A DNA stretch of 64,000 nt from Camelus dromedarius (taxonomy: Eukaryota). The number at the start of each line of letters is the position of its first letter. The first letter of the stretch is position 1. Positions 1 to 12,340 of the stretch are shown here, piece after piece. Below the pieces are notes generated by a model that did no database searches, was not told where the DNA came from, and was given only the letters and a program-made list of their open reading frames with translations. The position numbers were made by a program, and so were the translations under genes. The stretch lies in the NCBI RefSeq assembly GCF_036321535.1, contig NC_087437.1, positions 16,308,001 through 16,372,000 on the forward strand, given 5' to 3'.

Positions 1-275
1 ACAGACTCACAGACGTAGAAAAAAATGTATGGTTACCAGGGGGAAGAAGAGGAGGATGGAGGGATAAATCGGGAGTTTGGGATTTGCAAATACTAACTAC
101 TATATATAAAATAAACAACAAGATCCTATTGTATAGCACAGGAAACTATATTCAATATATTGGTAAAACCTATAATGGAAAAGAATCTAAAAAAGAATAT
201 ATATGTATAACTGAATCACTTTTGCTGTACAACTGAAACTAACACAACATTGTAAATTAACTATGCTTCAATAAA
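1..275 (+). mobile_element. L1 LINE 3' UTR end (cut by window edge)
   Basis: ACAGACTCACAGAC...GGTTACCAGGGG...GTATAGCACAGG...TGAATCACTTTTGCTGTAC...CTTCAATAAA, the same 3' UTR as copies at 33.7k, 36.7k and 48.3k. Confidence 0.9.
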
Positions 276-286
276 GGAGAATATAA

Positions 287-880
287 GATGGGCAAGCAGC
301 ATATGAAAAGACGCTCATCATTTAGGGACTGCTACTTAAAACTACAGTGGGTAGTATTTTTATTAGCATGGCTAAAACTGTATATTTATTAGCATGGCTA
401 AAACGAGTAATAATAGTCAAATTAACAACACTAGGCGCTGCCAAGAATGTGAAGCAACTCTCATGCATTGTTGCTGCACGGCACTTTAGAAAACACTTTG
501 TCAGATTCTTATAAAGTTAAACTAAAACATCGTATGACACACCAAACCCACTCCGAGGTATTTAACTTGGATAAATGAAAACTTAACATTTACACAAAAA
601 TCCACACACAAACTTTATAGCAGCTGTATTCATAATCACTAAAAGCTTTAAATAGTGGCTGCTATTTAAAAGAGATCAGTAGTTGCCAGTGTAAACTACA
701 AAGGAGCAGCACGGAGTGTTTTGGGGGCGAGAGGACTGTTTTGTATCCTGATTGTACTGGTGGTTATGCGAACCCACACGTGCGTTAAAACTCGTAGAAC
801 TATACGCCAGAAGAGAAAAGAAAAGAAAAGAAAAGGAAGCCATTTTACTGTGTGCTATTTTTAAAAAGAAAAGAAAAAGA
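287..880 (+). mobile_element. Old L1M(E)-type LINE 3' fragment with (GAAAA)n/A-rich tail
   Basis: Degenerate L1 ORF2-end/3' UTR motifs (CATATGAAAAGACGCTCA, GAATGTGAAGCAACTCTCATGCATTG, TTTATAGCAGCTGTATTCATAAT). Confidence 0.7.
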
Positions 881-953
881 AAAAATAAAGAAAGGTAAAA
901 CTAGAGTGTAATGAAAAGAAAACAGAATGGTCTCTGTGCAGTAGTCCTAGAAA

Positions 954-1391
954 TGTCACCGAGTCCAAACTTGTTCTGCTTGCCGCGCAACAGGCCAATA
1001 AATCGGGAGACAAGGTGTTGGGGCAAGGAATGGCGACTTTATTCCGAAAGCCAGCAGACTGAGAGGATGGCAGACTAATGTCTTGGAGAACCAACCTGCT
1101 CCAGTCAGAATACAGGCTCCTTTCATACAAAAACAAACAAACAAGGGAGGGGGTGTGGTTGGTTGTTGCAAACTTCTTGGTGTAGGAATTCTTTGTTCCT
1201 GCACCTGTCCACGTGGGCCAGCTCATGGTGCTCCTGCACAACCTCCAGCAAAACAAATGTTATTCTCTACTCTGTAACTTGTTATCCTTATGTGAGTGCA
1301 GAGCTAGCAAGACTAAGCCTAGAAAACGGCACAGGGTTAAAGCCAAAGGAACAGATCTAATATGGAGCCAGACTTGTTCTTTTCTATTACA
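954..1391 (-). mobile_element. ERV1-type solo LTR (438 bp)
   Basis: TG...CA termini; 4-bp TSD GAAA at 950-953 and 1392-1395; minus-strand AATAAA; clear homology to the LTR at 20554-21064. Confidence 0.9.
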
Positions 1392-1759
1392 GAAAGTCCT
1401 AGAAAACATCTGTTTAAAATGTACCACGCAACAAATGTGTGTAAGATGTGCTTCTGCTTTTGTTTTAAAGACGATGGCAATTAGAAACTCTAGAATGAAA
1501 AACAAAATGCTATATATGAAATGACTAAGCTAAATATAAAGAAAATTATATGTGACATAATTTTGAGGATCTCTTTGGCATTTGCAACATTCTTCTTTGA
1601 GAGAAACGGACTTGGAGAAAATTACTTCTCTTCCTTTCTGGTTAGAGTCCTATTAAATGACCCCTAAGTAAACAGTATACCTATCAGCCAATGTAATAAA
1701 GAGAATTTAAAGATACTCAAATTTAGGAATCAACCTAAACAAAATGTGGAAGGCTTAAT

Positions 1760-2560
1760 CACTCCTACGTTAGAAACCTTAACCATGTAAAAATAGTGGT
1801 GCAGCGACAGCAGTTGAGAACTGAAGGGGCGAAGAGGTGGAGGGAAAATGGGGGATTAATTTCCTCATATTCTGTAGTCAAGAGTCGAGATAGTGTCTAA
1901 ATAGACGAATCTAGATATAACAGAGGAATATTATTTAGAGTCTTTAAAGTAGCAGATAGAAGAACTAAATAAAGAGCAAACCAAAAAAGTGGAAATAGGG
2001 AACAGGAAAAAGAGTAGAAAGTGAGTGAAATTTATTATTTTTCATAATGGGGAATCCATAAATATGCTTAAAGTTGATAAATCACTTAGCAATGACGAAT
2101 CAAGAAAAAGAGGCAAAATATATTATTTAGAATTACAGAATAAGAACTAAAACTTTTTTTAAAAAAAACCTCAAAAGTGTTTTTCTTTGAAATATGACAC
2201 TAGGATCAGATGTGGGAATGAAACTATTTTTCCTTTAATTTCCTATTCTTCTTTGTAGATTTTTTATTTCTTGGCACAGACATTGCTATAAGCATAAAAA
2301 TAATTAAATAAATAGTAAAGAGATGGAGAAACATTCTAGGCAAATAAAATAAAAGCAGGAGGTAATATGGAATTCAAAGAAAAAATAAATTAGTAAAACA
2401 AAGGAAAAAAGTATAGAAATTCTACCTAAAATGCTAACAGTAGGTGGTGAGATTATAAGGGTTTTTTTTCCCGTTTTCTTATCTGCATTTTCTAATATTT
2501 ATGCAGTAGTCATTGATTACCTATTTAACAAGAAAAAGGAATAAGTAAAAGTAAAAGTGA
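1760..2560 (+). mobile_element. Ancient L1 (L1ME-like) fragments
   Basis: A-rich degenerate sequence with L1ME-like 3' motifs (AAAATGCTAACAGTAGGTGG...TTTTCTTATCTGCATTTTCTAAT). Confidence 0.45.
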
Positions 2561-2884
2561 GAAGAGCATTTCCCTCTTTCTCCAGAAGACCTAATTCCTC
2601 CAAAAACACCAAACAGAGGTAAACCTCCCTTCCTGGGAGTGTCCACCATGCCAACCAGCTGGCCTTCAGGCTCTCACTGGCCCTGAAATTCCATCATTTC
2701 ACAGCCTGGTGCTGCCTGGGATTGAACCCCGCTGTGCTGTAGTTCAGCCCACTCTTCCTACAGCTCCTAATTCACCCTGCCTGTTTTTCTCCCCTATTTA
2801 ATAGCATTAAAACCATAAACACTGACAAAGGTCGTGATTTCTTTCTGTATAACTCAACCCATTCAAAAGCGTTTTTGAGAGAAG

Positions 2885-2886
<2 letters not shown>

Positions 2887-2921
<35 letters not shown>
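2887..2921 (+). repeat. (AC)n microsatellite
   Basis: About 17 perfect AC units. Confidence 0.97.
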
Positions 2922-2922
<1 letters not shown>

Positions 2923-4039
2923 CCCCAACAGGAAAAGAGTAAATCATAAAATCCAAGCAAAGGGAAATTGAGGATAAAGGCTGTAGTTAGAAGCCAATAC
3001 ATGCAGCAAGTCCTGCACCCTTAACTGAGACGGACCACTAGTTATGGAACTGAGCTGTCCCACTCCCTCCCCTTCCAGCCTCCACCACCAGAGGGGGAAT
3101 CCTCATAGTTAGAAGAGCCATGGGATCTGTGAGTCAGGAGACAAATCTCACACCAGTGTGTTGCGGTTGCTCTTTGGGAGAACCTCAGTTTTCTCTGACC
3201 GGGGCAAACTGAAAGAGATTTTCCCTTGGATGCCCTGGGTTCACAGTCATTTAAGAAGTTTTCAGCATAGGAGAAAAAAGGTAATCATGGAAAGTGATGG
3301 GAGTTTTAGCTAACTTTATTGTGGTAATCATTTCACAATACATACATGTCTCCAAGCACAGCATCGTACACCTTGAACTTACACAGTGTCATTATATCTC
3401 AGTAAAGCTGGTAAAAAAAGAAACTTTTTGAGCATGAGGGCCCTCTGCCCATCCCTTTTGACCTGCATGCCTCCTTCCCTTAGGACTCTGAGGTACTCTC
3501 GGTAGACAAGTGCTAACTAATGTTTCCCAGCTGAACTGGACTGAGAAATAGTCCACCAGCCCATCTTCAAAATCTGATAGAACCAACCAGGATACTGACA
3601 CCCAAGTGGCATCCTGCTTCCCATATAAACCCACTCGGGCTCTGGCTCTGATCAAGTGACAACATGAAGGTAGTAAGAACAAAGAAATGTTGGAATACTA
3701 CCAGGTTTATATTTCTGGGCCACAAAGAGTCATTTCATTACAAAAATCGGTAAGTATTTTTTAGAGAAGTACTATATTTGGCAGACTTCAGAAGGAAATA
3801 TATAAAGGATTTATATTTACCAAAAAAGACAAATGATCAGCTAAATGCACCAGATATTTAAATACTCAATCTATCTTTCTTTGAGAGAGCAAACACTTTT
3901 ACATCCATTTTAAAAAGGAAAAAGCTTAGGCAAGACAATAGGAACAATTCAATTGACTCCTAAAACGTTTGCTCAAGAAATTATTTAAACATACCTGAAA
4001 GACTTCAAACCAGAGTAATATATGTTTTCTAGTAAATCT

Positions 4040-4780
4040 ATGCGATGTATGACAAAAGGAGTTTTTCTCGACAGTCCAGGACAACTGCCATTTCAGATCT
4101 AAAGGTTATGTCATCAAATCATCAAAGACGATTTATTAACTGGCCCCAGGAGCAGGGCGTGCAGTGCGGTGTCAGCCGTGATGACAGCGTTAACGCTCAT
4201 CAACACACCTGAACAGCCTGATCTCTGCTTGTGGGAGAGAAACAATAGAGTGGCAACAGCTTGCACAGAAGTCATTTAGCAAAAGAGGAAAAAAGGTCAC
4301 TTCTTAAGGAAAAAAAATCAGTTAAAGAAATATAACTAGTTGCATTTAGAGAAATTTACCCACTGCTCACCTCAGCCCCTGAAAAAAATCATTCCTCTGA
4401 ATTCTATCCATTCATGGTATTTAGGGTACACATCTGTGATTCTCAGATTTTTTTTTTATTTTTAAGAGTTAAGACTGATACCCTGTCATAGCTTGTCTGA
4501 TTACAGCTGTAACAATGTTGAAATCCTCAAAGGCATGAATGGTAAATATTTATCACTTAATTAATGTTAATATTTTAGGATGTTTATGACAACTCTTAAG
4601 ATGATTGACAACATGCTGGGGGTACAACAAAACCGGGATTCGGATTTCATGATGTTGAATACAGGTAAGGATAAAGATAGGTGCCACCTGATCTTAATTA
4701 ATTCACTAATTTCAAATTAATCCAGACCCTGAACAAAGCTTGGCATCATTTAGTTAATTCAACAGAAAATGCTGTCAATC
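4040..4780. promoter_or_regulatory. Candidate developmental enhancer (TCF/LEF, PBX/MEIS, HOX-like motifs)
   Basis: Apparently repeat-free with a local CpG cluster; ATCAAAG 4121-4127, TGACAG, palindrome AGCGTTAACGCT 4186-4197, TTTATGAC, TGATTGACA, several TAATTA. Motif evidence only. Confidence 0.35.
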
Positions 4781-4839
4781 AAGACTTTTGGCTACTGTGT
4801 GATATAATATGGCATTCAAGACACCCAGTTTTAGGTTAT

Positions 4840-6180
4840 GCAGTGTTGCAGAATGTTTTTCCCAAGAAAGGCCACACCAATAGCTCCCCTACCACATGCT
4901 TTTCCACAGGGGGACCATGCCATCAGGAGATGGAGTTCAGTTGTCCTGTCCTGAATCTGTCCTGTCCTGGTGGCCCACTTGTTATTGGTTGAATGAATGG
5001 AATGATACAGCTGAGTTCTGTGACAAAGTCAGAAAAGGTCATGAAGCGTCTACCTGGTTCTCATATGATATTCACTCTGGGAGAAGCCATCTGCCTCATA
5101 AGAAGTCCAGTTGTTCTGAGACCACCATGTTGAAAAGGCCACAAATAGCTGAGCTCAGCTTCCATCCATTCTGATTCTGCACCCAATTCCAACGTAAGGG
5201 AGTTTTCCCACCAAGTATTTCTATAATTTAACTCAGCCCCAGATAGATAGCATCAGATCCCACAGGATAAGGGCTCCTTCCTACAAGACTTCCCCCCTCC
5301 CCTGCCACACTCACACACCAACTTCAGAAGCCAATGGAAAGTCCAGGTTGTCACATGTGCCTTTGACCAGCAGGCAATAGATGGGAGGTTTCACATCCCC
5401 CTCCTTGGGTTTGGTTAATTTACTAGGGTGGCTCACAGAACTCAGAGAAACATTTTACTTACTAGATGATTGGTTTACTGTATAACTCAGGAATAGCTAG
5501 ATGGAAGAGATGCTTAGGTTAATGTGTTGGGAGAAGGGCTCAGAGCTTCCGTGCTTTGCAAGCTTCCACTCTTCCCGAATATTCCCCTGTTTACCAACCA
5601 AGAAGTTCTCTGAAAACCATCCTTTTGGGTTTTTATGGAGGCTTCATTACCTAGGCACGACTGATTAAATCTATGGCAGTTAGCCATTGATTCATCTTCT
5701 AACCTCTTTCCCTTACCCAGAGGTGGAAATTGGTTCTCGGTGAGACTGAAAATTCCTACCATCTTTTCACGTGGTTGGGTCCCCTGGCAACCAGCACTAA
5801 CCTTAGATTACCTAGGTGCTTTCCAAAAGTCACATAATTCACTTAACAAAAAACACCTTTATTGCTTTTATCACCTGGGAAATTCCAATGGTGTTAGGAA
5901 CTCTGAGTCAAGACCAAACACATATTTCTTATTATAAATTACAATATCACATCCACCCCACCAAGATGTCAGACATGTGAGTTGTCTAAGACTTTCCAGA
6001 ATAACAACCCACCAGCTGAGAACCACTGAATGACCTCAGTCTTTTTTATGGTAGCAGAATAACTCATCCAAACCCTGCCTGAATATCAAACACACTAAAT
6101 GAGATATAATTAAAATTTATTATTGTTTTAAGCCACTAGTTTTACAGTAGTTTTTTATGCAGCAGTAGATAACCAGAATA
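4840..6180 (+). mobile_element. MLT1-type MaLR LTR, split by a nested LTR
   Basis: MLT1 motifs CACTCTGGGAGAAGCCATCTGCC...GAGACCACCATG and 3' end TTGTTTTAAGCCACTAGTTTT...GCAGCAGTAGATAACCAGAATA. Confidence 0.75.
5175..5951. mobile_element. MER21-like LTR nested in MLT1
   Basis: AGATAGCATCAGATCCCACAGG...GGCTCACAGAACTCAGAGAAAC...TTTTATGGAGGCTTCATTAC...ACAATATCACA resemble the MER21 consensus as recalled. Confidence 0.7.
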
Positions 6181-7704
6181 TTCAGGCAAATGTTGTCAAC
6201 TGTGTAGGGAAAGCCCCTGTGGACCTGTCTAAAACCATGACCATGTTCTCTTTCACAAAATCTCTATAGAAATCCACATGATCTGCACTCTGGCCATATG
6301 GAGATGGTTCAGTCTCTATGAAAGTGTTTATTTAAATGCCAAGTGACTCTAGTATATGCAGGTACTTGTTTTCATATCATTAACCATTTGACAGGGATGC
6401 CTGGAGTACAGAGGATGCTAACAGATTAAGAGCTTCTACCCAGAGAGGAGGAATCAGAAATTAAAATAAAATAGTTCCGAAATTGTCATGTGAGTTGGTA
6501 AGTTAACTTATCTTGTTCTGTATAAAACTTTAAAAATATCTTGACTGATTAACTAAAGACAGCTGTCAACTCTGTGTTCTCTGAATGCTGACTTATAACT
6601 TAGAATGTATTTCTCCTCAAATTTCTAGGCATGAATCCATCCTAATAATACTAATTTAATCTGTGGGAGCGATAGACCAGGATCACAAGCTAACAAAGGG
6701 GAGGAAGGGTGAGGAAAGAATTCTCTCTCTTCCCTGGGAGCAGGGCCCACCCTGGAAGAAATGTAAAAAGGTGTAGCTTTGTCTTCAGCCCTCTAAAGCT
6801 TAGAATTCCTTCTCCCCAGTTTCTGGGACCTCAAGGCCACTCCCTGATGGTGGAATCACATCCAGGACCACCCAACTCCAGCATCTGCCACCTGCATGCT
6901 GCATACTCTAAAATTACTTATCTAATTTCTGGCCTCCACTCCCCTAGGGAACAAATTCTTACCAATATGTAAATTGTTGATTGGCTCTTTCTGCCTATAT
7001 TTACATTACTGAAATTTCAGACTGCTTGACTACATGAAGCAAAAATGACCAGGAGGATTAGTCAGCAGGCAGAACAGTCCTCTTTTGAGCATCTTCTGGC
7101 TCCTCCCCTCCTGAACCTGTGGATGGATGATTTCTAGCTCCTTGGAGGCAGAAATGGGATTTCTGGGGGAGTCAGGGATGGGATTCAGGGAAGTATTGGG
7201 GTGAACTCATTTATGTTTGGGTAGTTTGTGAACTGAGAGCTTCACATATAATATTCATCCCACAGGTGAAGTCAACAGAGGATATAATTCCTTAAGGATT
7301 AAAAGATGACAGTTCATTAAAATTCTGATATATCTTCATAAAAACAATAGATAGAAGCCATGGATATTAGTTGACATGATTGAAACAAAGACATCTTCAC
7401 AGATACCCAAGAAAATTATATGGAGCCTTCCCTAAAAGGTCATATAGTTAATGTGTATCTGTGTTTACTACATAATTCCTCTCCATTTTATAAACCATAA
7501 AAATCACATTTCTCAAATCATTATATCAGAAGGACCCGAATGTTTCTGAATGCTTGTAATCTATATTTTGATCAAAGATTGTAGAGTTGATTTTTGGAAG
7601 GCTTTATCTAGACTATGTGTGAACTTAATATATGTTAATTAATAAAACTGATCGGTTTTTAATGTATTTTTTTAAAAAAACAAAGGATATAGTTCCAAGG
7701 CCAG

Positions 7705-7800
7705 CATCCAGTGTTTAACAACTGGCTCTTTGGAGAAAAAGCCCTGATCTGTAGCCTTTGCCAGGCTCCGTGGTATAAATGTTCCCACCATGTCTGATTC
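7705..7800. mobile_element. MER63-like hAT relic
   Basis: TGTTTAACAACTGGCTCT...GCCCTGATCTGTAGC...GTGGTATAAATGTTCCCACCATG; a related copy lies at 43071-43235. Confidence 0.55.
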
Positions 7801-9510
7801 TTTTTTTTATTGAAGTATAGTTGATTTACAATGTTGTGTTAGTTCCTGGTGTATAGATAGTGATTCAGTTACACATACATATATCTAAATTCTTTTTCAT
7901 ATTTTTTTCATTGTATGTTATTTATTTATTTAACTTTTTTTTACTGAGTTATAGTCATTTTACAATGTTGTGTCAAATTCCAGTGTAGAGCACAATTTTT
8001 CAGTTATTCATGAACATACATATATTCATTGTCACATTTTTTTCCACTGTGAGCTACCACAAGATCTTGTATATATTTCCCTGTGCTATACAGTATAACC
8101 TTGTTTATCTATTCTACATATGCCTGTCAGTATCTACAGATTTTGAATTCCCAGTCTGTCCCTTCCCACCCTCCACCCCCTTGGCAACCACAAGTTTGTA
8201 TTCTATGTCTATGAGTCTATTTCTGTTTTGTATTTATGTTCTTTTTTTTTTTTTTTTTTTTTTTTTAGATTCCACATATCAGCGATCTCATATGGTATTT
8301 TTCTTTCTCTTTCTGGCTTACTTAACTTAGAAACTTAGAATGACATTCTCCAGTAACATCCATGTTGCCGCAAATGGTGTTATGTTGTCAGTTTTTATGG
8401 CTGAATAGTATTCCATTGTATAAATATACCACATCTTCTTTATCCAGTCATCTGTTGATGGACATTTAGGCTGTTTCTATGTCTTGGCTATTGTAAATAG
8501 TGCTGCTATGATCATTGGGGTGCAGGTGTCATCCTGAAGTAGGGTTCCTTCTGGATATATGTCCAGGAGTGGGATTCCTGGGTCATATGGTAAGTCTATT
8601 CCTAGTCTTTTGAGGAATCTCCATACTGTTTTCCACAGAGGCTGCACTAAACTGCACTCCCACCAGCAGTGTAGGAGGGTTCCCTTTGGTCCACAGACTC
8701 TTCAGCATTTGTCATTTGTGGACTTTAGAATGATGGCCATTCTGACTGGTGTGAGGAAATACCCATTTTATGTTATTATAAGCTGTTGAATATAGTTCCC
8801 TGTGCTATATATACAGTAGGACCTTGTAGTTTATGTACTTATATATAGTAGTTTGTATCTGCTAATCCCAAGCTCCTAATTTACCCCTCCTCCAGTCCAT
8901 TTCCCCTTTGGTAACCATACATTTGTTTTCTATGTCTGTGAGTCTGTTTATGTTTTGTAAATAACTTTGTTTGTATTATTTTTTAGATTCCACATATAAG
9001 TGGTATCGTATGATATCTGCCTTTCTTTGTCTGACTTACTTCACTCAATATGATAATCTCCGGGTCCATCCATGTTGCTATAAATGGTATTATTTCATTC
9101 TTTTTAACGGCTAAGTAACAGTCCATTATATATATACACACCACATCTTCTTTATCCATTCATCTCTCGATGGACATTTAAGTTGCTTCCATGCCTTGGC
9201 TATTGCAAATAGTGCTGCTATGAACATTGGGGTGCATGTGTCTTTTCGAATTAGAGTTTTCGTGTTTTCTGGATATATGCCCAAGAGTGGGATTTCAGGA
9301 TCATACGTAAACCTATTTTTAGCTTCTTAAGGAACCTCCATACTGCTCTCCATAGTGGTTGTACTGATTTACATTCCCATTAACAGCATAGGAGGGCTCC
9401 CTTTTCTCCACACCCTCTCCAGCATTTGTTATTTGCAGACTTTTTGATGATGGCCATTCTGACCGATGTGAGGTGATATCTCATTTTGGTTTTGATTTGC
9501 ATTTCTCCAA
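7801..9510 (-). mobile_element. L1 (ORF2 end + 3' UTR) hosting a younger L1
   Basis: Poly-T at 7801; ORF 9380..9577 contains [35 protein letters not shown], the L1 ORF2 C-terminus. Confidence 0.9.
7923..8763 (-). mobile_element. Young 5'-truncated L1 nested in older L1
   Basis: TSD CATTGTATGTTATT (7909-7922) / CATTTTATGTTATT (8764-8777); same subfamily as 53376-54186. Confidence 0.9.
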
Positions 9511-9519
9511 TATCAACTG

Positions 9520-9805
9520 CCTCCTCCATCATCTTTTCATCATAGTCTATACAGTACTGCCCTTTTATTAAAATCACGTATCACTGCCTGGCTAATGTTT
9601 TTATTTGTTTGTGGGCTTACTGTCAATTTCCACTATTCTCCCCTCCCTCCCAACCTCCAAATGTAAGCTCCAGGAAGGAAAAGACTTTCTATTCATTACT
9701 ATATCCAGAGTACCTAGACTATTGCCCAGAATATAGTAGACACTTAAAAAAATTTTTGAATGCATGAATAGATAGATGAACCAATGAATGAATGAATAAA
9801 TGAAA
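9520..9805 (+). mobile_element. L2 LINE 3' end
   Basis: ATGTAAGCTCCAGGAAGG...ATATAGTAGACACTTAAAA...(AATG)n tail. Confidence 0.75.
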
Positions 9806-9839
9806 ATTAATTTACTACTTTGAAATTTTGAGCGACTAT

Positions 9840-10460
9840 ATGACAGAGACAGGTACTAAGATGTATGAGTGGTTTTTTTTAATGATATTGCTGAACATCT
9901 CATAATGTTACAACATAAATTTGCAAAGTGTTTTCAATGATACAGTTGTGATTTTAAACTAGCTGACGAACTCATTCATCAACTCCTTCCAGCTTGTACA
10001 TTTACTAATTAAGGAGCACAGGCAGCTGCTACACACAGAGAGTAATTCAACTTTGGAACCAAAATATCTTGCCACTTCTCTTTCAAACCTCTGGCTGAGC
10101 TGCATTTAAGAGAATACTGAGATCATTAGGCCAGCTATTTGGAATTAGTATGTGCAACTAATATCTGTGTGAATCAAGAATTTTTCTTAAATATTATGTG
10201 ACCTAACAAAATGCAGACATAAGTGGAATGTTGAGACTAATCTAAGATCTAAGTATTAGCCAAAAAAACTGCTTTCAAAGGCTGTGTGCATCTAAAAAGC
10301 TTCATTTTTCTTATTAGCTAGTTTTGAATATTATACATGTGAAGTTATAAAATCAGTTCATTCCAATCAAGCAAACTTTATCTGTTCGACAAGTCAGGGC
10401 TCTTTTATCGTTTAAAGGAAATAGAGAATCCCACAGCTAAAAGAAATTAAAATGTAAAAA
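9840..10460 (+). mobile_element. hAT-Charlie transposase C-terminal relic
   Basis: Hand translation across frameshifts gives YLCES, KCRHKWNVETNLR and RLCASKKLHFSY*, resembling the hAT dimerisation-domain end of Charlie/ZBED5-type transposases. Confidence 0.65.
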
Positions 10461-10619
10461 CAATGGCCCTGTCCTACACAGTGTCCTGCCTTAGGATGTG
10501 CTGGATGGCATCTGAAGTGGTCCCTTGCCAGCTAAACTGCCCCCTCCCCTATGGCACGTCACTGAAGTCCAGCTTTGTAGACAGGACCAGTCTCCAGTCC
10601 TCTGTTGTGGCGCTAACCC

Positions 10620-10860
10620 ATAGTGGTTAGAGCAGAATGAAGAACACAGGCGTGAAGCCAGAGGGAGCTGGATTTACTCCGTCTCTGCCATTTTCCAGTG
10701 GTGAGGAAGCAACTTAACTTCTCAAGCATCAGTTCCTTCATCTGGCAAAAAAATAATGTCAGTTTCATAGGGTTGTGGTGAGAATTAAACAGATAATGTG
10801 GGCAAAGCATTTAGGACAGAACTAAGGTGAGGTTATTACACTGATTATTTTTGTTATCAT
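10620..10860 (+). mobile_element. MIR SINE
   Basis: CATAGTGGTTAGAGCA...ACTTAACTTCTC...CAGTTCCTTCATCTG...AGGGTTGTGGTGAGAATTAAA core. Confidence 0.8.
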
Positions 10861-11799
10861 TGTGTTTCAACTCTTAGGTTTAACCCACGTACATAAGGCA
10901 CCTTGCTTTATGTCTGTCTGACAAATGTGTTCAGAAAAGTCCAAGAAAATAATAATGAACAGTAACCAAACAGAAACACATAGAAGATTATATAATGGAC
11001 TGCAGTATTATCGATTTTTGTCATTTTGCGTTAGATGAGCACATTGTTCCTGAAGGATGCTATCCAGCCTCAGTGTTCCGGGGGAGGGGAAGGGCCCGAC
11101 CATGTAAACCATTATCACTGGTGCATATCTGATCTCCACCACCATTCCTCAGTGCTTATCTGTGGCCTATTTGAAGCAGTTAAGCAAAAATATCCGAATG
11201 CTCCTAACTTAAAAATACATCCTTAAGCATCCATATCCTGAGATGGAAAGGACCTTAAAAAGTCACTGTGTCCTAGCCCTGCCTCCTGGGAAGGGCACTT
11301 GAGAGGACTAACTGTACAGGCTTCCTGGATACTGAGGAGTGGATTGGGCAGAGGGAGAAACAGTCATGACACAGACCCAACCACAGCTTCAACCAACACC
11401 ATGGGCACCTCTCGAGTTAAAATAACACAGTGGAATTTTCTCAGTATGCAGAGCTTTATCCTCCTGTGTCAGCCAGTCATTGATTAAGTCAATGGGCATG
11501 GCCTTGACACACCAGGTCCCAAACTGTATACAGTCCCCTTTATTCTGGACCATCTCGTGGGACCACTACTCTGCAGAACTCATTTTAAGTCTACAGTCCA
11601 AGTGCTCCAATCTCAGAGATACCTGTTCCATTAACTTCATAGGTTTGGAAACACGGATGCCTGGAGTGAGGCTGTCACTGAGGCCAAGTCATAGAAAGCT
11701 GTGTGTTCCCGGCGAGGCTACCCAAAAGCTGGGATCCCAGCTCCACTCCTACATTCATTCAGCCATCAGCTTACAGGTAGGGCTTCTCCAAGAATATTC

Positions 11800-12340
11800 C
11801 CGAATTAGCCAGGATGCTTTCAGGTGACAAGGAGAGAACCTCTACTCAAACTGGTTTAAGACAAAAGGTAGGGTAAGGATTTTAATGGCTTATGTAATTG
11901 AAAAGCCCAGGGATAGGTCTAGCTTCAGGAAAAGCTGGATCCAGGGCTTTGCTCTCTTTCCATCACTCAGCTCTGCTTTCCCCTGTGTTAGTGGCATTCT
12001 TGTGCGTGCTCTTTCTTTGCAGTGCTACTTGGAAGCTCTGGGCTTACATTCTGCCATCTTAATAATCCCCATTAATAAATACGGAGCTTCCACTATTCCA
12101 TATTGCTGATGAAATCCTGGATTAGCACCTCATTGGCTTGGCTAGTATCACATACCCAACCCTGGACCAATCACTGTGGTCAGGGGGATGGAGCACACAG
12201 ATTGTCCAGGTTTTGACATATACTGGGGAAGAAGGAGGGTGTCACTCTTTCCAAATTACATGGTCTGTTGGGGGAGGAACAATTCCCCAAAGGAAAACAA
12301 GATCCAGCCTTGGGAAAGGAAATGGATACCGGACTTTTGG
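11800..12340 (-). mobile_element. Old MLT1(K/L-like) MaLR LTR
   Basis: CTCAAACTGGTTTAAG...TAGCTTCAGG...GCTGGATCCAGGG...CCAATCACTGTGG motifs. Confidence 0.65.

Noticed and set aside
360..404. Tandem copy of TTATTAGCATGGCTAAAAC
   Set aside because: An ordinary two-unit micro-duplication in an old L1; not an array and not CRISPR-like.
4579..4664. Possible exon (TTTTAG|...CAG|GTAAGG) with one open frame MFMTTLKMIDNMLGVQQNRDSDFMMLNT
   Set aside because: Weak polypyrimidine tract, unrecognised peptide and no partner exons; cannot be supported without RNA data.
8010..8330. Hydrophobic 106-aa ORF with a paralogue at 53849..54142
   Set aside because: Both are antisense readings of the same A-rich L1 3' UTR.
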